A stretch of DNA of 63,773 nucleotides, filler included, from Bigelowiella natans CCMP2755 (GCA_000320545.1; 4 parts of 4 records of this genome joined end to end with filler, not necessarily neighbours in it), one strand, 5' to 3'; counted from the whole stretch's first letter, positions 26,890 to 40,466 are shown. The notes: generated by a model not told the origin, from the sequence alone. Program-made: numbers and translations.

Positions 26890-28093
26890 ATGTCAGAAAA
26901 GCAGATAGACTCCCTACTAAAAAAACTTCACCCTCAAGTACGATGGTAGCAACTACAAGCCCTACATGTACAAGCTAATGTCTGCCTTTGAAGCAGCGGA
27001 TTTGGAATCATGCTTCAATGTCAACATAGAAATAGAAGGAAAGGTGACAGAAGTCAATGTACGCACCGACCCCGCTCACCGACGAGAAGTACTCAAGCTA
27101 TCCCCGGAGCAATTCGATATCCTCAATCCCAAACCTGAAGGAAGAGGATCACAAGAAAAGATAAACAAAAGAAAGAGAGGAAGATTCTTCCTCACTGCTA
27201 CCCTTCCTGATAAATTCTTCGATCTACTCGAAGGAAAACCCAAAGACGTAGCAGTTACCTTAGCAGCCTTGCTGGAGAAGTACGAGCCTACCAATCCTGT
27301 AGCCGTCAGGAAACTTTATTCGAAACTAAGTGATATAAACATGGGTCAGTACAATGGAGACTTCACAAAGTATCATTCTGACCTTGACTCGACGATCAGA
27401 AGACTTCGGGCACAGCACGAAGGGTACTCCGACAACCAAGCGCTTGCCACTCTACTTCGAGGACTTGTACCTAGCGAAAAATACGAGACTATAGTTACAG
27501 TCATCAACAACAAGAAAGATGTTACCTTCGACTCTGCAGTGGACATGATCCGCTCCCACATAAACTCCCGATCATTAGATGACGGGCAGAGACCTTCAAA
27601 GAAACATGCAGGACACACCAGTGCAGAACACAAATACGTGAAGATGTACGATGGCTTGGAGAAAAGGCTAAACGAACTTACAGGTCAGCTGAAGACCTAC
27701 AAGAGGAAATTCAAAAAGGGAAAGAACAGATACAACAGCGAAGCATATCAAGACAATTCCAAGAAGCAAAAGAGAGAAGACTATTTCTTGAACTTAAAGA
27801 AAAGAACAAAATGCCATTACTGTGGCAAGAAAGGACATTGGGAAAAGGAATGCAGAAACAAGATGAGAGATGAAGGCAAGCAGAACAAAGGAAAACACTA
27901 TTCTTTTATTGATCATGGCTCCCCTTCCCAAAGACCCTCTTACATTAATAAGATGGCACGCGACAATTCTTACCTGCAAACGCTGAAGTACAACCATAAG
28001 CCTTTGATCCTTCTCGACAGCGGAGCCAACAACCACTTCTTCTGCGACCGCGACTTCTTCAACGAGTTGAAACCTATTCAACCACGATACATA
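26890..28093 (+). CDS. gag-pol: Copia Gag-protease polyprotein (partial; +1 frameshift at A7 run 26919-26925)
   Basis: KYDGSNYKPY (gag N-terminal motif), UBN2-like helical core (VRKLYSKL..YSDNQALATLLRGL..YETIVTVI), CHYCGKKGHWEKEC zinc knuckle, ILLDSGANNHFF protease. Confidence 0.9.
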
Positions 28094-28193
28094 NNNNNNN
28101 NNNNNNNNNNNNNNNNNNNNNNNNNNNNNNNNNNNNNTTAATTAATTAANNNNNNNNNNNNNNNNNNNNNNNNNNNNNNNNNNNNNNNNNNNN
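28094..28193. other. Assembly gap with TTAATTAATTAA linker
   Basis: 100 bp of N with a central artificial six-frame-stop spacer. Confidence 0.98.
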
Positions 28194-28222
28194 ACATTCT
28201 GGTATTCCTTCTTTCCCCCTAA

Positions 28223-28261
<39 letters not shown>

Positions 28262-28269
28262 CTAAAAAC

Positions 28270-28668
28270 GCCCATCAATAATCTTCATCGATGAAATCGA
28301 TTCCTTGCTATCGAAGAGGGACGCGGCTCCTTCCTAATTTCCTATGTTGTTTTAATATATTGCTCTCTTCTTCCTTGCGTCCTCTCATTTGCAGGGATGT
28401 TTTTGCATCTAATACACGTTATCCTGCCCCCCCCCTTCTTCACCCCTATCTTAAAAGCCATGCCTGCTATATCCTCTGCCTTCATTTCAACCTTGCCACG
28501 TTATGTTCATTGCTCAGAATGACCACGAGGCGTCATCACGCCTAAAGACGGAGTTTCTCGTAATAAACAAGCATCGTTTGTTCTCCGATTGCATGCATAG
28601 AGTACATGTTTTCCGAGGACGCAATGATAACGATTGATGATAACGATGATGATGATGATGATGATAAC

Positions 28669-28704
<36 letters not shown>

Positions 28705-29124
28705 TGAACCGATGAAATTCCCGTCACAGAGAAGATTGTAAATTGTAAATTTGGAAGGGCGATCCATCTTATCCCCACCCCCCCCCTTCCTCCCCAAATC
28801 CAAACCCTTGCTTTCATCTAAATATTCTCTAGATACAAATGGACGGAGTTGGGTCTAAGGAAGGCGTATTTGTGCTCGCCGCGACGAACCTTCCGGACCG
28901 CTTGGTTGGTAACACCGTCTGGCGATAACAATCAATATTAACCATATCTTTAGATGCTCGCCCTCTCTCCCAACATGCCCTCTCCCACATTGATGAAGGC
29001 ATACCAACGTTCCTTTCATTTGGCTTTTATGCAATGGTGGTAACAGGATGATGCGCTGCTGCGACGTCTTACCAAGCGTTTCTACGTTCCCCTCCCATCG
29101 ATGGAGGTGTGAGTGAGACTTATG

Positions 29125-29163
<39 letters not shown>

Positions 29164-29164
29164 T

Positions 29165-29201
<37 letters not shown>

Positions 29202-30815
29202 TGCAGCATCTTCCATGTACCGCAAGTAGTAGTAGCAGCAGCCGTGCTGAAAAGAATACCCTACGTTCGAACGAAGCGACTGATATTGTGCCCATGCAGA
29301 GGGGAGGGGATGTGCGCGAATATTTGTAGTCAAAACGCCACTAGGTAGCAGTTGACTTTGAATTGTGACTGTCGCTGTCTTTCCCCCCCTCTGCGTGCGT
29401 CTCTTGTTGAAGGCTCGCAAAGCAATCGTCCAAAAAATGCTCAGAAAGCACAAGGTAGCAGCAGCAAACCAACACGTGCTTGTGGTGATAGATGCAATCC
29501 AACCAATACACGTTGCCATACTCAATTTTCCCTCGCTGGCCTTGAAGATTATGCCTTGACTCTTTTCCTTTTTGGGGGGGTGGGGATTGCGGGGAATGAA
29601 TTTAGGAACGTCATCTGCTAGGAGCGAAGGATTTAGAAAAAATAGCCCGTGCGACCGATGGGTAGCTATCTGAATGTATCCTGCACTGAGTAACGAAACT
29701 GATGGCCTATTTGCTCGAATCTCTCGCGCGTGCTCTCCCACCGATAAAATAGTCGCAAGATGATGCAATGTGGTGCGATTTGTCAGATACTCGGCGAGCG
29801 ACGTAGCTGCTGTAGTCAAAGATGCGGTAGTAGTTTCAGTGTAGGAATGCAAATGATGTTCGTTCGCCGTTTTTCCTCTTCACCCCTCGAAATAATGGCG
29901 TTTTTCCTTCTGCAGGCAATGGGGCCTATCAGAGACATCGATCCGAGCGTGTAATTATGTGATATATTTTACATATATTTCTACATGTAAATATACATAT
30001 GTGTATGTGTTATATATGCATATATTTCATGTATCGTGTTGTATGTTTTTGTTCTTATTCTCCTGACAGTATTGCTGATATTGGGGCAGATTGCGTACAC
30101 TACCACCGAAGAAGATTCCCCCAATCAAGGTCTGCCTGTAGAGCTTACTCAGTAACAGCAGCAGTACACGCGCCGGTCAGCTGCCTGAATGCACGCGGTC
30201 TCTAATTGTCATTTCCGCGACAATCCTCTCAATGTTTAGATCAAGCACTTCATGGAGGCAATCAGCTCTATCGAGAAATCGGTACTACTGTGTTGTTGGC
30301 TGGATGCTGAATCATCGACGATATAGCTAGTCGAGGCATGCGATTGTGCTCGGTCCCTGTGTGATGTGCCCACTTGATGGGATTGTTTTGTATGAAGTAT
30401 GAATTTCCCTTTCGTCGTTCATGCTGTTTCGATTCGTCATCTTCTATCGCTTTTGCGATGCAGGTGTCGGAGGCGTCTCTAGAAAAGTACAAGGTAATTC
30501 TTCCCATCACCCCAGTTGGCCGGATTTTGCCCGCACAAAACAACAGCCTAAAACGTACAATGCGTTCTGTTTTGTGTTAAGCAAGACTGCATTTTCTGCA
30601 TCTTTAACCCATCCATGTTGTCGTCTTCATTAGCAGAAATGCGCGACCATTTTTTATTGTTATATTCTGGTTATTACTTCTCATCATACTCTACGTGGTA
30701 GAAATGGGCGCAGAAAAACGATGGCGTGGGAATCGAAGAGTCGAAGCACTCACGAGCTGCTGCTCCAATAGAAAGAAGAAAATCTCGGATTTTAGCATCC
30801 TTAGGCCTGTGTTGA
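28270..30815 (+). CDS. Meiotic-clade AAA+ ATPase (spastin/fidgetin/katanin-like), 3' part; 5' part lost in the gap
   Basis: PSIIFIDEIDSLLSK (Walker B), NDHEASSRLKTEFL|IQMDGV, TNVPF..DDALLRRLTKRFYVPLP (second region of homology), YSASDVAAVVKDA|AMGPIRD, VSEASLEKYK|KWAQKN..LGLC*. Confidence 0.9.
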
Positions 30816-31487
30816 CTGGGAAAGCTAGGACATCATTGGGGATGTTGTGGATGAATGTCATTATCAGCATTGCACATCCACAGTGCACTACCATTTTCCT
30901 GACTGCATTTTCGTGCTCAGTCCTAGAGTCTCCAGACACTCGCTAGCTCGTCCGTCTGCATGCATGACAAGATGAACGTGCGGGTGTGCAACATGTGCAC
31001 AATCACGTTGCACAGCATTGATGTTGCACGCAGCACAGGCAGTTCATTGCTAGTTTGACAGTGCACATCTGGACATCGTGTCCATTGCTAGATTGTCATT
31101 CTAGCCTTTTGTGAATGAAACCTTTTGGTCAACAACTGCCATCGGAATCAGTCAATCTGGCGATGTCTAGCGATGCGCTCACTTGTGACATCAAGCAACC
31201 AGCCTAGCAGCGCTAGAGCGTCCCTGTCATCCCGTGGCCAGCGCACGTCTAGACGTCTAGACGTGTTGGACCGGGGAGCAAGTTGAAAGTGTCCTCTGCA
31301 TGAGAGCGCTGCTGTGAAGAACAATGAATGAAGCATTGTTGCAAAACTGCAAAACTACATGCGCATAAGCGCCAGAACCACATGGCTAGATGGGAGACAG
31401 GCGTGTGCATGCAGCAGCGCCTGGCGAGGTCTTGCCAGTACGAGTGAAAGTGAGTTTTGAGTGTTGAGCGCAAAAGAGAAGAATCTC

Positions 31488-32170
31488 ATGGCGTCTTTGT
31501 CCTGCGACAACGAAATAATTCGCATTAGATCTAGTAAATAAATTATCATCTGAAACTTCGCCGAGATCCCATGGAGTAGGGTTAAGACAGCAGAGCGAGC
31601 CGCAAGAAGGGAGGGCGGGGGGATCCATTCACTCAGCCCCCTCGTTCCCTCCATTCAAAGGTGTGGGCGCAGATTTCGACGCTCCTCGCGCTGTGGACAA
31701 TCGGGGCAGACGCCGCCAGGGAAAACCCCATTGGCGACAGCGCGCTGTTGTGCCAGGTGTTGATTGTTGGTTTGGGGTCGGTGGCGAGGGCGTTCTTCCC
31801 ACCGGAATGGGGGTCTTGCACGGTCGTTACGGATTCATTTTGCGCGGCCAATCGAAGAATTTGAATATGTGGGCGGCCTCTGGCAAAATTCCATTGATAG
31901 ATGTCATCTGCTGCGTTGGGTTTCTCATCGATAACGTGTTCTTTGTTTGTGTAAGCAATGCGGCACTGGCTTTCGTTTTGAGTCATATCTCAAGGCGCAT
32001 AAGTGCCGTAGCAAAACGGTGCGGGAGATCCAGTGCCCCCGCGTAAGGAGCGCTAGATACTAATTGTGAATCCGAATCATGAGTTTTTGAGAAAATGCAG
32101 AGGATGTATGTCCTCTGGCGATTTGGGCCGATGTTTAACGATTTGCACTTCCGGAAAACACACACACACG

Positions 32171-32231
<61 letters not shown>

Positions 32232-32867
32232 CTAAAAACGCAATCGCGTGCAATGGTGAACGCATAGACCGCTATTTTTCGGGCTCATTTCTCTCAGAAA
32301 CACCCATATAGTTTTTCTCCTGGCCTGGCATCGTATCGGCCTTCTTCCCATAGATGATGTGCTGACTCGTATAATCCTATATTGCTGTGTCCTTTTCTCC
32401 GTCTTCTCCAGTGCCCGAAGCGATTCGCATATAAGAGGCTGTACGTGGAGCATCTGTCCTCGCACAAAGCAAAGCGGCCACATACATGCTCTTGTGGGAA
32501 AAGGTGGGTGTGTGGATATGTGAAATGCGTCTCTCGGAACATGCTGCCCAATCACCGATCACTAGTCTCTTCACATGTGTTGCGTCCTTGCGCGATGAGC
32601 CGATGTCTTGAGGATCCATCAATAAGTCCTTTGAACACCAACTCTGGTCCCGCCTCTCGAATCACACTTGCGAGATGCAAGCCAGCTCAATCAGCAGTCC
32701 TACATTCACAGCCGAACGATGACATGTCTAGGCCACACTTGGCTGCACACGAATGTTATGTACGCCCATGTTTTAACCAACAAAACAATATATCGGTAGT
32801 TTCAAGTTGGCTCGCCATTTCGACCTGCATCAAATACGGTAAGCAACGCTATTAAGCACACCTCCCT

Positions 32868-32912
<45 letters not shown>

Positions 32913-32939
32913 CTTCATCTCTCGGCCGCACACACACAT

Positions 32940-32972
<33 letters not shown>

Positions 32973-33161
32973 GATAGCATTAGTCGGAAATACTACATCG
33001 TGCATCTTCTGTAAAGAATGGGTATATGAACGTGTATTCGTGGTCGCAAACTTGATAATTGAACTCATATTCGGTCTATCGTTGTTGGCACTATTCGTTG
33101 CTACAGGTGCAAGTCAATCAAGGCCTACAAGTGCCGCTTTTGTCCGGTAAACGAATTAGAA

Positions 33162-33208
<47 letters not shown>

Positions 33209-33251
33209 GATGTGTGTCTCCTTCATCAGCATTCATTATAACTGCCTCCGG

Positions 33252-33284
<33 letters not shown>

Positions 33285-33521
33285 TTGTATAATATCATCT
33301 GTGCGCGCATTATGCTAAAATAATTCTTAGTGTAAATAATTCAACGAAGGTTTTGGCGCTTGGTTTGACAAATGCCATCGATATTCTCTCTGATAATATT
33401 TTGCTTGCGTGCAATGCTGCTGGTGCTGCTGCAGGCTACGTTTTCGCTGAAAAATCCTGATTTGGTTCGCCATGAGCGAGCGAAACACACGGTCGGTGCT
33501 CTGCACGCACAACACATCAAA

Positions 33522-33591
<70 letters not shown>

Positions 33592-34106
33592 GTAAATGTA
33601 TATATGACTAAAAGAATTCAACTTACATTATAGATAAGGAGAGCAGGGGGGGGGGGGGGGGGGGGGAAACAAAAAGGGGAAAGGAAAAACATCAGCTGGG
33701 CAATACCCGGACTCCCCGGCGAACCCGTGCCCAACGTGGGATCGAAAATTCCCCCACGACGGAAATCTCCGGCGGCATCTACGCACTGTCCATACAGGGG
33801 AGAAGCCATTTCGCTGCCCTTCATGCGACAGGTGGTACATAGAGAAAGCACGGCGACGATGCATGCGTTTCCAAAGATGATGAGGAAACTTCCCATTGAT
33901 AATGGCGCTGGTTGTTTTGTATTGAAGAGCGTTTTCGCGGTCGGATTACTGCCGGGCGCACATGCAGGATGCCCATCGGATTGAGCATGGCGACCCTATC
34001 AATGAGAATCAAAGGTAATGCATGAGTTTTCGGCGGCTCGCCTGTGCTCCGCGCTGAGTCGCACACGCTTAGAACAACCATCCTTTGTGACTTTTGGCGA
34101 GAGGCG

Positions 34107-34177
<71 letters not shown>

Positions 34178-34480
34178 GCGTTGCGTGTGTTGTGTGTGAT
34201 TGAATACATACGAACATGAAACACAGTAGTATTCGAGGTTCCCTTGTATCTGATAGCGGTGTGTGATCTAACAAGGGAGGAAGTTGTCGAGAGTGGCAGC
34301 AGCAACTCAAATAGCGACGACGACGACGATCTCCCTCTCAAACATCCTCTCAAACGCCGCAGGCGGCACGATGACAACACGAATGCAATGCAGCAACAAG
34401 CGTTTAAGCATGATGAGCACTTGGCCAATAGAATGACTCTAACCCAGTTGCCTCAAGGGACATCGGAAGTTTTTGTTTGA
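31488..34480 (+). CDS. C2H2 zinc-finger protein, multi-exon; start uncertain
   Basis: CPKRFAYKRLYVEHLSSHKAKRPHTCSCGKR (32412-32503), FKLARHFDLH (32800), AYKCRFC (33122), HLRTVHTGEKPFRCPSCDR|AFSRSDYCRAHMQDAH (33776-33976) with a canonical TGEKPF linker. Confidence 0.85.
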
Positions 34481-35623
34481 AGAACCAAATGGCATCGTTG
34501 GGACCATGTCGCTGCAGTGTTGCGACATCGATGTCGTGCCAGACATGCGCACATGTCGAGACGCCATGTAACTACGCTCATCAACCGCATCAATGATCAA
34601 ATCACAACCGAATTCAACATTACATGCAGCATGTGTCGCAATGTTGTGTGTACGTGCATGATGTGAGATGTTGCCCATCACACGCAATGATGATGTCATC
34701 ATGTGCGCACGCTAGCACGTGCAGTGCATGCTCTTGCATGTCTGTAGGTGTCTAGATGTGTGTAGCTACTTGCTGGAGGAACTCAATTGCAATCAAACAT
34801 GGCGCTCTGTTCGCAACGATGGCCATGCAGTGTCAGCAAGTTCGTCCATGCGCAGTGCATCGCAGCGCTCATCACCGTGAATCGGATCTCAACGTGCCAC
34901 CACATGCTAGCATGCGTGCACACATGGACACACATGTCCCTACACGTGTAAGCCGTCTACGACATGCATGTGTACATCACGTAATTCACATGTACCTATA
35001 GCTACACATGTGCCAAAGTGAACAGAGCATGTGTGCTTTTTAGGTGCATGTGGTGTGCATGGGTACATGTGTTCCTTACGCGTACACGTATGTGGACACA
35101 TATGTCCCTATATGCAGACGTACATCTTCTTCATTCTACATTAAATGATACGACCACACTACAGAAGCCATTCATCATACGCGCGTGTCAATCAACTACG
35201 CAGATCATGCTACTTACCATGTTGTAACGATGATTGACGCATGTTGCTGTTCACAGATGTGCTCATGCAAAGCACGCAGCAAATAGATAGACTGATTATA
35301 AACAAGATATACAACAGCGCATGACTAAAATATACATATATTTTTTGCCTAACTAAAATCGAGAAGTAGAACTGCTACATAAAGTACTATATTTGCCAGG
35401 TTTCACTTTTGAAGTCCAGTGCTCTAAAGATATGGAAGAAATGAAGGATAGTAGGACAGTTGCGGCCTTGCGCTGAGGATTGACGACGACAACCCTGAAT
35501 ATTCGCACTCGTCATTCTGTGCCCCCCCTCACCCTTCTCTATCCATATCATGGTGTCTTCAACACCCATCGTATTTCGTGCCCGGCATCACTTCACTTCA
35601 TCCTCTACAATGTTACCAGCTCA

Positions 35624-36795
35624 TCAGTTTACGGATAAAGAGACGTTTACACTGGTCGATGCGACTTCAGTAACGACGTCCTCGATGTCATCCATGACAT
35701 CAACAACGCTGTCAGCCAGTCCAAACAGCACCTTCATAGCTTTATCTGAGGCCTCCTCAGCCTCATCAACAGCCGTGTCGATGGCATCGTCCATGGCCTT
35801 CACAGTGGCCTGTGCGCGCTCAACAATCTCCTGTTTCGCGGTTTCCTTTGCAGCGACGACGACGCGGGACAGGTTACGCGCGGCCTGATTTTTGAGTTTG
35901 TTAGATCGGTGCGTGTGAGACTTCTTTCAAATATCACTATGATGTGATGTGTGTTAAAGGGTGTCTCGGAAACACGACAATCGCCTTATTTGCAAGACGA
36001 AAAACATCAAGACGAAACTTGGGGAAAACTTGGGAATATATTAAGGCTCGAACCTCTTTCAGTTGTCGCTTTGCCTCTTCTTTGTTCTGCTTGGCTTCCT
36101 TAACTGCGAGGCAAATAGTCTTATTCATCGCGCGTAAGCCTTTATCGGCTTCGATGAAGAGTTCCGGTTTCATGCGGTACTTCTTCATTCCCTCCATTTT
36201 CTCAACTTGGAAGTACTGCAGCAGAACACAAGGCGACACGTTCATCATGTATACGATGACGATGGCAATGGCAATGACGATGACAATGATGATGAATATT
36301 TTGTTCACAGATGCTTACAGAGCAGACCACTGTGGTGTGTTATTCATAATAGTGAAACCGAAGAGGACCCAATCCCAACCCGACCCCATCATCTCGTCAA
36401 TGGTCATGTAGCACTACTACCTCACAGTCACCAAGTGTGTCTGTTAGCTTGACGCGCTTCTTCCCTTGAACTGCGCTGATGTATTGATGATCTCTACCAG
36501 TATCTGTATCAATCAACAAGTAGGAATCAAGTTGTTGTCTGCTTGTTTTTGTCTTATCGATGCCTTCCTTGAAGTAAGAACTAAATTGTTGTTTGCTTAT
36601 ATTATCACCTTCCCCGAAGTGATGGTTCGATTTGAGAGCAACCCCGTCACGCTTATTGTGATAGGCAATATTTTCAAAAGGCGACAACGAAATTGAAGAA
36701 CAGGCAGCAGCATCACCAACCCACCATGATTACACACCAACACGAAATTGCATTCTCTCAGGGACACACATATGATAAAATATATAAAATTATAA

Positions 36796-36831
<36 letters not shown>

Positions 36832-37693
36832 TCCTTTTTTTAAATTTTTTTGGTATTGCATTAATGATGTACATAAGCGATGATTCGGAAATGTTCTTTC
36901 GGCCCAGCGGTCTCCTCACTGTCGAGACGACGGTTTTTCTTGTTGACGGAAAGGTAGTCATTTCTAAAGTTCATCAACGTCACGCTGCAGTCCTCCTCGT
37001 TTCTGACAACCTGAACGAACATGTACGTTCAATCGATTATCTTACTTTCAAAGACCAATTTCAAACTATGCTGAGAGGGATTAGGGTGAAACACGATGGT
37101 AAGATCGGGGGAAGCTAGGAGAGGAAGCTCGCCGCTTGGCGTGGTAATAGTAATAGTATCAGTAGTAGTACTAGTAGCATCTCGATGAACTTCTGTGGTT
37201 TTTGCTGCATTGTGGAGTTGTACCTTGAAAATATCTGCTCTCCCCTTTTTATCTATATGCGCTACTCGGCCGTTGGGTCTGATCTTGAGATAGGAGCCAT
37301 GAAATGTCCTGATTAGGCAGCATGACTATTCAGAACAGTCACAGGAAGGACGATTGAAAAGAAATGGAGTGTTAGCGAAAGAACAGTTCGTGGGAATGCA
37401 TGTCCTCACTTGATCTTCATAAACTGCGGTAGCTCAACGAGTTGGTCTTCCTTCTTCTTGTCCACGTCCCCCTCTTGCCCAGTGACTGTCTTCACAGCGT
37501 CTTTCACGTCTTCTTCCTTCACAGGTACGTTCTTTACAGCGTCTTGCACGCCTTCATCCTTCCCAGCTAGGCCCTTCATGGCATCTTTCACGTTACCATC
37601 CTGTCCAGTAACTTTCTTTACAGCTTCTTGAACGTCATCCATTGCGTCTCCCACCGCATCCTTTAGCTTATCGAAGTTGAAGAAATCTCCCAT
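35624..37693 (-). CDS. Hypothetical protein with N-terminal ~14-aa V(K/Q)DAVKxVTG repeats (LEA-like) and a helical acidic C-terminus
   Basis: The 37406-37693 ORF ends at a gtgag donor. Further exons at ~37224-37290, 36547-36690, 36054-36210 and 35624-35890 are coding-like. Confidence 0.55.
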
Positions 37694-38520
37694 GTCTCGT
37701 CAGTTCTGAAGAGATCCATTCATCCGTTAGTTCATTGTAGCGTGTAAACGAAAAGGTAAGCCCCATTACACCTCTCTAATAGCTCTACGAAAGGGGTTCC
37801 CCCTTCCCACTGTACCTTGTAGTTGTCTTCCGAAGAGTGGTCTCCTTTGGATTGTGTTTGCGTGCGTGTGCTTCCTTGATGTGTATTGAGTGTGCTAAGT
37901 GTGTTCCTTGAAAGGAGAAAATGGGATAAATGCAGGATATTTTTACTATGAATTTGCCTAACAAAGTTGTCGTTTGGTAAAAAAGATAACCAGGTGGCCG
38001 AGGAGGGGTATCTCTGATCTTGAAGATATTATTTCGTACCATCCAATTTCCTGGCATTCTGCTCCAATATGGCGAATGTTCTGGATAATTCCCCTTCGAT
38101 CTCAAGACAATTAATACGTTCGTTGGTAGTTCTTCCCTTCCAATTTTGTTCTTGGGGTAGTTTGTTGCTGATTGATTAGAAGTGTTTTTCTGAGGTAAAA
38201 TCGCCTATCAGCTACGCATTGTCTGCACCCAAAAGAGGAGTTTTCACCCCAAAAATTCCGGAAAACTTTGGTTTAATAATAGCGAGATCTGGAAGACTCG
38301 GGTGACAGCTACGAAAAAGACTCTCGCTTACGTGCTTGTAAATTCTTTTTTTGAGACGATGGGAAGTCACCCGACGAAAATACCAAAAAATCGTGCACCG
38401 CTCTCCTGAAAACAGCAAGCCGTGCGATGTTTAAAATGCGACATTGATTTCTCTTAGTCGCATGCAAATTTCAAAAAAGTGGAAGTTAGTCGGAATCCGT
38501 CCAACACTACCCCAGTTGCC

Positions 38521-39635
38521 ATGCTGGCCATTGGGATGGCCGTCGCTCTCCTCTCCATACCTTCCAAGAGGAGGAGGCGGCGCACTTGGGAAGAGGTTTC
38601 CTCTCATAGGCGTCATCACACTGGCGGCTGCATCGGAAGCAGTTTAGCCTGCTCAGGACCCATCTCCTCTGCTTCAGGACGTGCACGGCCTCTCTCGGGC
38701 CCGACACGAGTATTACGGAAGACCATGTTGCACAGTCACTTTCACCATTCAGCAAGATTACGGGGAGGAGAGAATCCTCATGGTACTATTACTAGCGTGT
38801 GTATAGCCCCCTGCATGAATCTTCATGTCGACCTGAAAGTATTCCACCAAACTCCTGATCCTCTCCTCCCTCATTTGCTGCTACAGGCAAAGACCCACCA
38901 GCTGCTGACACTCTCCAACTTGCAAACCTCTCCTTGCTTGAAGAAGATAGAGGCTTGGACAAGTTCTCAGATCTCCAAGCAGGCATGGGAACAGGAGGAG
39001 AAGGGATGGGACGGCAAGAAGGCAACGACAACGACGGCGATGACAGAGAAGTCTTGTGGCGATACAAGTTAATAAGATCAATAGGGGAGGAATGCATCCA
39101 AGAATCTGAGCTTAAAGAGCTACTCCGATCTAGATTCTCAAAGAGAAGGGTCAACCATAGCAGCCTCACCCCCCCCTCCTTCTCCCCTGGCCACGGTATG
39201 AGACCAGGAACTGCTGGCGATCTCGGCATCAATGCCAACGATTCTGTGAGTGGAAAACTGACCCTAACAGTAACGATATATGATGACAATGCGCGTGTAC
39301 CGCAACGAACTATCAGGTCGGAGCAGGGGGTGGGCAGAGGATTCGATGCTACGACGGGTTTGAGCCCTCGGGAAGGATGCATATTGCACAGGGAGTGCAG
39401 AAGGTGCTGGCAGTGAACAGGTGGTGGCGCTTTGTACATACACATCTCATATGCATACAATCATGATAAATATGGTCCAGCAGATCAGTTTTGTGAATAA
39501 TCAGCTTCGCTACTGATCATCATCATCATCATAATCATCATCATCATAATTATCATCATCATATCTCCTCTGATGGTACCTCTCCAGGCTGACGGCTGCA
39601 GGCTGCTCTTTTACCTTTTGGATTGCGGACTGGTG

Positions 39636-39710
<75 letters not shown>

Positions 39711-39775
39711 TTGGATGTGTTGATGAGTGATTTTGGAGGAGCGCGGGAGAAGGTAGCAGCGGAGCTCGTATGACC

Positions 39776-39808
<33 letters not shown>

Positions 39809-39921
39809 TCGTGTTGTTGCAGGTTCGCCCAGCTGAATAATAAACTTGGCGGCGATTTGAAAAAGGTTTGCTGGTGAGGATGGGGATGTTGATGGAGATG
39901 TTGCTGTTAATATAGCGATGG

Positions 39922-39958
<37 letters not shown>

Positions 39959-40431
39959 CGTTTGGTGTATTTCCCATCACATTTGTAACTGTTTGTCTTG
40001 TTGGCGTATTCATAAACCTACCCTCCCCCTGCGTTCGATTGTTTCCGGACAGATCCAAACAGTAGGGCGCTACTTCATCGAAGTTTGGAAGTAATGATGA
40101 CAACAAACACGGAAGAGAGAACATACGTGAAATGCGCATGGATGCGCGCGCGCGCGCGCGTGTGTGTTTATGTGTGTGGATGGGTGTACCACATGCATGA
40201 GCTGCTGATGACTCCTTATCCTAATCCTCCTCCTCCTCCTCCTCCCCTCCCCTCCTCCTCCTCTTCCTCCTCCCCACCTATCACTACCACTACCACTACT
40301 GCTACCACTACTATCATTCTCCTAAATCAGATCCTTAGGAATGGACCTCACAAACGTCACCTTCTTGTGGGCATCAACGGAAATTAATAAAAATCCGGAC
40401 AAATACTGGTTCACGAGCAACACACACAAAC

Positions 40432-40466
<35 letters not shown>

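Larger units (their letters stand above)
26292..28093 (+). mobile_element. Ty1/copia LTR retrotransposon, 5' portion (LTR, PBS, gag, start of protease), cut by assembly gap
   Basis: LTR with terminal inverted repeats, copia-type PBS, gag with CCHC knuckle followed directly by an aspartic protease DSGA motif. Confidence 0.92.

Noticed and set aside
28138-28149. TTAATTAATTAA motif repeated three times in the window
   Set aside because: It is always centred in a 100-N gap, so it is an artificial scaffolding linker.
30892-31355. Explaining the islands by CpG methylation decay or RIP
   Set aside because: CpG remains common in the islands, and C->T processes create TpA rather than remove it.
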